From Octopus sinensis (lineage: Eukaryota), in assembly GCF_006345805.1 (NCBI RefSeq), contig NC_043024.1, positions 3,658,001-3,722,000 on the forward strand: a stretch of DNA of 64,000 nucleotides, written 5' to 3'. The notes under the pieces were generated by a model. The model had not been told where the DNA came from and searched no databases. It saw nothing but the letters and a program-made list of their open reading frames with translations. Shown piece after piece: positions 55,327 through 64,000 of this stretch; position 1 is the first letter of the stretch, and each line of letters opens with the position of its first letter. Both the position numbers and the translations under genes were made by a program.

Positions 55327-56657
55327 GTAGGTAGGTAGATAGGTAGGTAGATAGGTAGGTAGGTAGGTAGGTAGGTAGGTAGGTAGGTAGGTAGGTAGGT
55401 AGGTAGGTAGGTAGGTAGGTAGATAGATAGATAGATAGATAGGTAGGTAGGTAGGTAGGTAGGTAGGTAGGTAGGTAGGTAGGTAGGTAGGTAGGTAGGT
55501 AGGTAGATAGATAGATAGATAGATAGATGAATAGGTAGATAGAGACAGACAGACAGAGACAGAAAAATAGAGACAGATAGCTATACAAAAATACAAAGAG
55601 AATAATACATATAAATACACATGTATAGGCAAATGGAGAGGTAGGTAGGTAGGTAAGTAGATAGATAGATAAATAGATAGATAGGGAGAGAGTTAAAAGG
55701 AGGTGGGGGGGAAGAAACAAGGATTACAAGTTGTAGGAGGAGGAAGGTTTGTCAATTACATCGACCCCAGGGTCAATAACATAAAATATCAGTCAAGTAT
55801 AACTGATCTTGTATTTTATTAACCCTGAAAAAGTGGAAAGCAGAAATTGATCTTAGCAGAATTTGAAAACAGAATGTAACGTGCTGGAACAAATAGTGAA
55901 GGCATTTTTCTGACACTTGAATGATTCTCTCAGTTCAATGCCTGAAGAGAAAAAGTGTTGAAGCGTGAGTAAGTGAGTGAGAATAAGGGATGAATAACTG
56001 AAATGAAACAAATGAAGAAAATGGGTCAAGGTTTAAGGGTAAAGCATTAAGAATTACTGAAAATGGACAGAAATAAACACTGTCAATTTCGACTGGTACT
56101 TCACCAGTATGTATGTGTCTTCTTGTGTGTGTGTGTTTGTGCACATATATGAATATACATACATAGGCATATTCATATATATGTATGAATGTTTTTGGGA
56201 GGATTCAGGTTCCTGTTATTGTATATGTTTTCATTCATGTGCATTGACTACAGCATTAGAGTGGTTTAGCTCTTATTTCTAGCAATGTAGATGTTTCCTA
56301 ACATCCTAGTCACATTTGTAATACTCCTTTTTGGTGAAACATTGCAAACTGCTGTTCATATTAGTTTCATATCATCATCATCATCATCACCATCGTTTAA
56401 CGTCTGCTTTCCATGCAAGCATGGGTTGGACGATTTGACTGAGAACTGGCGAACTAGATGGCTGCACTAGACTCCAATCTGATCTGGCAGAGTTTCTACA
56501 GCTGGATGCCCTTCCTAATGCCAACCACTCCGATAGTGTAGTGGGTGTTTTTACATGTCATCGGCACAAGGGCCAGTCAAGCGGTACTGGCAACGGCCAC
56601 GCTCAAATGGTGTTTTTTTACATGCCACCTGCACAGGAGCCAGTCTAGCGGCACTGG

Positions 56658-56702
<45 letters not shown>

Positions 56703-57487
56703 CAGTTGTGGTTATGTGGTATGAAGTTTGCTTCCCAACCACATGCTTCCAGGTTCAGTCCCACCTGCTGGTACCTTGGGCAAGTGTCTTTTATTATAGC
56801 GCCAGGCTATCCAAAGTGTTGTGAGTGGATTTGATAGACAGAAACTGAAAGAAGCCTGTCATGTGTAATGTGTATGTGAATGTGTGTGTACGAGTGTTAG
56901 TGTTTGTGAGTCTTTGTGTTTGTCTCCTGCTTCATGACTGGTATTGGTCTCTTTACAACAGTTTGGCAAAAGAAGCTGCTGGAATAAGTACCAGGCTTGA
57001 GAGAATATAAGTACTAGGGTCAGTTCCTTCAGGCAAAACCCCTCCTGGGTGGTGGTCCAGCAAAGACTGAAACAAGTAAAATAATAAAAGAAAGAGCATG
57101 TCTGGATATATATATATATATCTTCTCTCTTCGCTCTTATACGCCATTTGGTCTCAACTCTCCCCCCTCCTCATCTAACCCCCCTCTCCCCCTCCTCACC
57201 TATCCTTTCACCCACCCCTACTTCTTCAGTCCTTCATCCTTTCACCCCTACACCCCTTCCCTTCTTCCCTCTTTCTCCCTCCCTCCTTCCCCTTCCCTTC
57301 CCTCTGCTCCCTCACTCCCCCTCTCCCTCTTTCCTCCTTCCTCCTTACCTTCTCCCCCTCCTCTCTCTCCCCCATCCTCTCCTCTTCCCCCTCTCCTCCC
57401 CCTTTCCCCCTTCTCCCCCCTCTTCTCCTCACTACACCACACGACTTCACACATTACATCATATATGATGTGCCATACTAATACATA

Positions 57488-57904
57488 TGTAGTGATGCTA
57501 CTGTGTAGGGTTCGGCACGCATGCGCAGAATGGGACTACTTCCGGGTGGCCACCGGAAGTCTTCCCCATGCGCATGTGCGGGAAAACATCTCTCGAGCCC
57601 GCGAACCTCAAATCTCTCTCTTCGGCTCAAGACAGCACTGCGATCGGTCACGGTTTTCCTGGCTCTGACAGCCACACACCAGCTTCAACCAACTTCAACC
57701 AACCTCAACGACCAACACCAGCAGTATATCAGAGGCTGTCTATTCCCCCATCAGACAACGTACAATCATGAATCAATAAACCAAGTTGTCTGTTCACCTT
57801 TAACCTGAGTTTCGTCTGTTTGTTTTCTGCAAGAATTTTGTATGTGACTAGAAAGGATCTCGACACCCTTCTAGTGCTTCAATAATAGATCCTTTCACGT
57901 TACA
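57488..57904 (+). mobile_element. Solo LTR (probably Gypsy-type) with 4-bp TSD CATA
   Basis: TGTAGTGA...TCACGTTACA termini; CATA at 57484-57487 and 57905-57908; AATAAA at ~57775; CpG-rich compared with flanks. Confidence 0.78.
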
Positions 57905-58371
57905 CATACACCAACTAATACATACTAATACGTACTAATACATACTAATACATACACCAACCCTATACATACACACGTCCAGACCCCTCATACGCACTTA
58001 TACTCTCTCATACACACACACACACTTATACATACTAATACGTACTAATACATACTAATACATACACCAACCCCATACATACGCACGTCCACACCAATCC
58101 TACGCACTAATACTCTCTCATACACACACACACCCTTATACATACTAATACATACACCAACCCTATACATACACATGTCCAGACCCCTCCTACGCACTAT
58201 TAGCTGGTCCTTCAACCATATTATCAACCCTATTATCTCCCCTTATTTCGCTCTCGCGTCTCATGTTTGATCTTTGACCTCTGGCCGAAATCAGATCGCC
58301 ATGTTGATTCGTTAGCTACTGCACGCATTTTTTTTCTCTCCTTCTTTCTGTGTTTTTTTTCTCTCTGTGTA

Positions 58372-58409
58372 TCTTTCTGTTGAAGAGCGTAGGCTCGAAA
58401 CGTTAAAGA
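58372..58409 (+). ncRNA. Variant minimal hammerhead-like motif (CUGUUGA core)
   Basis: tcttt-CTGTTGA-a-gagc(gtag)gctc-GAAA-cg-tt-aaaga; related copies at 653-690(-), 43287-43324(-), 36109-36142(-). Confidence 0.5.
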
Positions 58410-58514
58410 CTTGTTTTATTTATATTTCCTGAGCGCCATACTAATACAATTGTTCGTTTGTTTCCACCTGCCTTCGTCTTTGTCTATTTTCATAAAGCTT
58501 CCCGTTATATATAT

Positions 58515-58562
<48 letters not shown>

Positions 58563-58678
58563 ATATGTATATATGGCAGAGATAAAGATTACAACCACCA
58601 CCCGTTTTCGGCGTAACCTTAACCCTAAACCTAACCCTGACCCTAAACACCAGTGTGTGTATTTTTACCTTCGCCATA

Positions 58679-58734
<56 letters not shown>

Positions 58735-59794
58735 GTATATATAGTATGTATATGTATATGTATATATAATGTGTATTATATGTATATATATGTATGTATA
58801 TGTATTAATAGATATTATGTATGTATGTTGTTATATATATATAATATGTATATATATATATATGTATATGTGTATATATATATATATGTATTGTATATGT
58901 ATATATATATGTATGTATATGTGTATATATATATATATGTATATGTATATGTATATATATATGTATGTATATGTATATGTATATATATATATATATGTAT
59001 ATGTATATGTATATATATATATATATGTATATATATATGTTAATAAAATAGAACATATGCATATATATAAACATATATGTACGTACCTACCTCTACATGT
59101 ACATATACACGCATATATGTGTACAGGACACCAAAAAGACGTCGAACACATAGAGAGACGAAAAACATAGACACAAACCAAGGAACAAGACAAGCAAAAA
59201 AAAGAGATACAGGACAATAAGCACAACGAAAAATCCCCTTCTTCAGTCGCTAAGGTTTCATCTACTAAACGTTTCCGAAGGATAAAAGCGAGACGTATAC
59301 TTCGAAGAAAACTTCCTTCCTGCGAAAAGCAAATCAATTAAAATTCTGAGATCTTTTCACAGAGGGGTAAAAAAGCAAGACGGTAACGACAGTACAAACA
59401 TATAAACAGTAAAAAATATATATATAAACAGTGGAAAAATAAATATATAACAGTGAGAGACAGGACAAGGAGAACAAGATAAGAAGGGCTGTTAACGCCA
59501 GACGAAAAAAGTATTGCAAACGCTGGATTATAGTGGACGACGAGAGAGAAAGAATGTCGACCAGTAGCCTTAGAAGGCGGGCGAGAAAAGACAGGATAGC
59601 AGTTACGACGGAAGTATCGTTGCAGATGGACGACGGAATGGGGGAGGAGGAGCAAGAGGAGAGGAGAAGAAGGGGAATGGTGCGAGGAGACCATGAAGAA
59701 CGGTGAGGGGGAGAGAGAGAGGAAGAGACAAGTTAAGTGAGGAAAAAAGACGAAAAAGGGAATGGGAGAGAAAGAAAGAAAGATGCAGAGTCGC

Positions 59795-59815
59795 GTATAT
59801 ATATATATATGTATA

Positions 59816-59850
<35 letters not shown>

Positions 59851-59958
59851 TATGTTATATATATATATGTATATATATATTATATATGTCTATATGTTAT
59901 ATATATATATAATATATATGTATATAATATATATATATATGTATATATATATATTATG

Positions 59959-59989
<31 letters not shown>

Positions 59990-60127
59990 TATATATGTAT
60001 ATGTATATATATATATATGTAATGTATATATATATATATATGTATATGTATATATATGTATATATATATATATGTATATGTATATTATGTATATATATAT
60101 ATATGTATATGTATAATATGTATATAT

Positions 60128-60163
<36 letters not shown>

Positions 60164-60250
60164 GTTAATATTCTATATCTGTATGTATATATATATATTA
60201 TATATGTATATGTATATATATATATATGTAATATATATCTATGTATATGT

Positions 60251-60282
<32 letters not shown>

Positions 60283-60436
60283 GTATATATATGTATATGT
60301 ATATATGTATATGTATATATAGATATATGTATATATATGTATATGTATCTATATGTATATGTATATATATAATATGTATATATGTATATATGTATATGTA
60401 TATATTATATATATGTAATAGTATATATGTATATGT

Positions 60437-60482
<46 letters not shown>

Positions 60483-61292
60483 ATGTATATAATATATATC
60501 GATATATATGTATATATATTAATGTATGTATGTATATATGTATGTATGTATATATGTATATATATATATATAATATTATGTATAGATATATAGTATGTTG
60601 TATATATGTATGTAGTGTAATATAATATGTATAATATGTATTATGTATATATGTATGTATATATATATGTATGTATATATATATGTATGTATATATATAT
60701 GTATGTATATAATATTATGTATATATATATATGTATGTTATATATATGTATGTATATATATATGTATGTAATATGTAGTATATTATCTGTGTGGTTATAT
60801 TATTGTGTATATATTATGTGTGTATATATATGTGTGTATATATATATATGTGTGTATATATATTATGTGTGTGTATATATATGTGTGTATATATATATGT
60901 GTGTAATATATATGTGTGGTATATATATATGTGTGTATATATCTATGTGTGTATATATTATGTGTATATATATATGTTGTATCTATATATATGTGTATAT
61001 ATATATGTGTATATATATGTATGTATATAATGTATGTATATATATATATATTCATTAGATATATATCTATATGTATATATATTGTATGTATATGTATATA
61101 TATTATTGTATGTATATATATGTTATGTATATATATGTATGTATATGTATATCTATATATGTATCTATATATATATGTATATCATATATATGTATGTATA
61201 TATATATATATGTGTAATATATATATATGTTGATATATATATAGTGTATATATATATATATGTATATATATATGTGTATATATATATATGTG

Positions 61293-61326
<34 letters not shown>

Positions 61327-61402
61327 TTATATATATATATGTATATATATATATATGTATATTATATATATATGTATATATAATTATGTATATATATATA
61401 TG

Positions 61403-61434
<32 letters not shown>

Positions 61435-61851
61435 TGTAATATATGTATATATTATATATATGTTATATATATATTGTATATTATATATATATGTATATGT
61501 ATATATATATATGTATATATATATATATTATGTATATGTATATATATATTTGTATATATATGTATATATATGTATATATATGTATATATGTATATGTGTA
61601 TATATGTATATGTGTATATACGTATATGTGTATATATATATTGTGTATATATGTATATGTGTTATATATGTATATGTGTATTATCTGTATATGTTGTATA
61701 TATATGTCTTATATATGTATATATGTATATATATATGTATATATATATGTATATATTATATATATATGTATCTATATATTATATATGTATCTATCTATAT
61801 GTATTATGTATATCTATTATATATATCTGTATCTATAATATATATCTCTAT

Positions 61852-61885
<34 letters not shown>

Positions 61886-61915
61886 GTATATATATATATA
61901 TATAATATATAATAT
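59795..61915. repeat. Very long degenerate (TA)n/(TATG)n microsatellite; also 58505-59070, 55120-55530 (AGAT/AGGT), 53520-53975 (GGT/AGT), 27480-27670 (GT)
   Basis: Directly visible; these repeats generate the spurious YI/CV/HT/T-rich ORFs. Confidence 0.95.
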
Positions 61916-62175
61916 ATAGCAATTAAGGACAACTACTTAATAAGGAAAACTTAACAAGAAATTGTCAGGTAGATAGCGTAAAACCCTCATAAGAGAAAAA
62001 TTTCGAAAATAATTATTCTTATTGAACATATTAATTTATATATAGAGGGCATTATACATACAGCCAGGAGGCATTGTATATACATGCAAACGCTAAGAGG
62101 GACAATCAGTCATTTCTACCAAAATATTACTAATCCCACCGAATGCAAATTTTCAAAGTAAGACATTTAAAAATA

Positions 62176-62223
62176 AGACCTGTATCACAGTGATTTCATA
62201 CTTACGTAATCATCAGCAGGCCC
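62176..62223 (-). ncRNA. Mirror copy of the hammerhead motif on the minus strand
   Basis: Reverse complement reads ggcctg-CTGATGA-ttacgtaagtat-GAAA-tcactgtga-TA-caggtct. Confidence 0.78.
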
Positions 62224-62496
62224 TGAATGTATTATAAATAAACAACGACCCTGCCTCGCTTAAGCCGATCAGCTAACTGATCAACATCAACGAAGCACAT
62301 GGGGATTTTATATATATTACATCCGGGTAAATGGTAAACCTTTTACGAATTGCATTTCGGGAGAGGAAAATTTTTTCGGAATAAAAATTTAGCAATTAGG
62401 ACAACTACTTAATAAGGAAAACTTAACAAGAAATTGTTGATCAGTTAGCTGATCGGCTTAAGCGAGACAGGGTCGTTGTTTATTTATAATACATTC

Positions 62497-62544
62497 AGGC
62501 CTGCTGATGATTACGTAAGTATGAAATCACTGTGATACAGGTCT
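62497..62544 (+). ncRNA. Type I hammerhead ribozyme motif, core intact
   Basis: aggcctg-CTGATGA-t-tac(gtaa)gta-t-GAAA-tcac(t)gtga-TA-caggtct: 7-bp stem I, palindromic stem III, AUA cleavage triplet. Confidence 0.8.
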
Positions 62545-63128
62545 ATATTTTTAAATGTCTTACTTTGAAAAATTGCATTCGGTGGGATTAGTAATATTTT
62601 TGGTAGAAATGACTGATTGTCCCTCTTAGCGTTTGGCATGTATATACAATGCCTCCTGGCATGTATGTATAATGCCCTCTATATATAAATAAATATATAT
62701 ATATATATGTATATATATATGTATATATATATGTAATATATATGTATATATATAATGTATATATATATATGTATATATATATATGTTATAATATATGTAT
62801 GTATATAATATGTATGTATGTATATATATGGATTATATATAATATATATGTCTGTATATATGTATGTATGTATGTTTGGTTGATGATGATTTAGGTATCT
62901 TTCTATTTCTCTCCATTTTCTCATTTTGTCTATATATATAATATATGTATGTATATATATATATATATTATATATATATACACACACAAAGAATGGAGGT
63001 TTAGTTCACAGGTGATCTAAACGATTAGGTATGCTAGGTAAGTGCTGTAATGGATTACTAGGGCTCCAAGATTACAGTAGAGGTGGTAGTTATGGAGCCA
63101 TTGCAGATTTCCAGTGCAGTGGATATAG

Positions 63129-63281
63129 AATTGTTAAAGAGGACAACAAATATTAAGGCAAGGCAAACATCTTGAGTCGTACACAATATTATTACTGGAA
63201 AAAAATTTTTTCCAATAATAATATTGTATACAACTTGAGATGTTTGACTTGCTTTAATGTTTGTTGTCCTCTTTAACAGTT
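63129..63281. repeat. ~150-bp palindrome
   Basis: Arms centred on ggaaaaaaattttttcc. Confidence 0.8.
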
Positions 63282-64000
63282 ATACTCTTTTACTTGTTTC
63301 AGTCATTTGACTGCGGTCAAGTTGGAGCACTGCCTTTAATCGAACAAATTGCCCCCAGGACTTCTTCTTTGGAAGCTTAGTACTTATTCTATCGGTCTCT
63401 TTTGCCAAACAGCTAAGTTATGTGGACGTAAACACACCAGCATCAGTTTCAAGCAATGTTAGGGGGACAAACACAGACACACACACATATACACACACAT
63501 ACACCACACACAACATATATATATATATATATATAATATATATATATATATTATATAAATATATACATATATACGACAGGCATCTTTCATTTTGCGTCTA
63601 CCACACTTTGCCGTGAGGTATGAGCTCCACACCTCACTTCTTTACACTCAGTTGTTCCCATTCTTTATGCAAATAGCGTGAAAAAACAAAAACCAATGCG
63701 CCAGTGTACCCGGATGATGCATACATAAGAATACATTCGAATATGAACGAGAAACAGTATGAGTGGTGTAAACATTATCAAACACACACTCGATATATGT
63801 GCTTTGCTTGTTTGCCGGTATGCTGTGATTTGATGTGGTGGAGACGACTCCATCAATGCACTGGGTGTTAAAACACCTGGATGTCAAAGACTCGTTTGGG
63901 TACATGATGTTGATAATTTGTACTTGTGATGGTGTTCACCCAGGGCAGGTTGAGCCGGTTTCTTCTCTGGTCCTAACGGCATCACAAATCATGGTGGCCC

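Larger units (their letters stand above)
61915..62685. mobile_element. Penelope-type inverted repeat (arms ~62040-62287 and ~62435-62683) with ~48-bp direct repeat (61917/62390)
   Basis: Arms are near-perfect reverse complements; inverted-plus-direct layout and hammerhead content are typical of PLE pseudo-LTR insertions. Confidence 0.7.

Noticed and set aside
56325-56360. FGETL peptide resembling COX exon 10 IFGETM
   Set aside because: In-frame stop just upstream and no GAPFSLKG downstream; chance match
58411-61912. Numerous YI/CI/MY-rich ORFs
   Set aside because: Products of (TA)n/(TATG)n microsatellites; the same applies to the CV/HT ORFs elsewhere

Overview
Repeat-dense, microsatellite-rich eukaryotic DNA. 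The SINE/LINE repertoire suggests an Octopus genome; this is an inference. The main host gene is a plus-strand cyclooxygenase (prostaglandin G/H synthase, PTGS/COX), most of which the ORF track misses. I reconstructed 9 GT-AG coding exons from 12294 to 52778 (1399 nt, no stop). Their phases and lengths (52,120,144,144,176,84,247,287,145) closely match human PTGS2 as I recall it. R120, Q203, H207, Y355, Y385 and H388 equivalents are present, but the last exon (Ser530 region) is not in the window. Introns and flanks hold a near full-length RTE LINE with a PHD-like finger, other RTE, CR1 and Penelope fragments, mariners, non-autonomous Helitrons, a solo LTR and many tRNA-derived SINEs. The most unusual non-coding signals are several hammerhead-ribozyme motifs in Penelope-type inverted repeats, including variant cores and a tRNA-headed palindromic insertion with a 13-bp TSD. 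There are also tandem compact pseudoknot-like motifs in the RTE 3' UTR and long palindromes beside the putative COX promoter.
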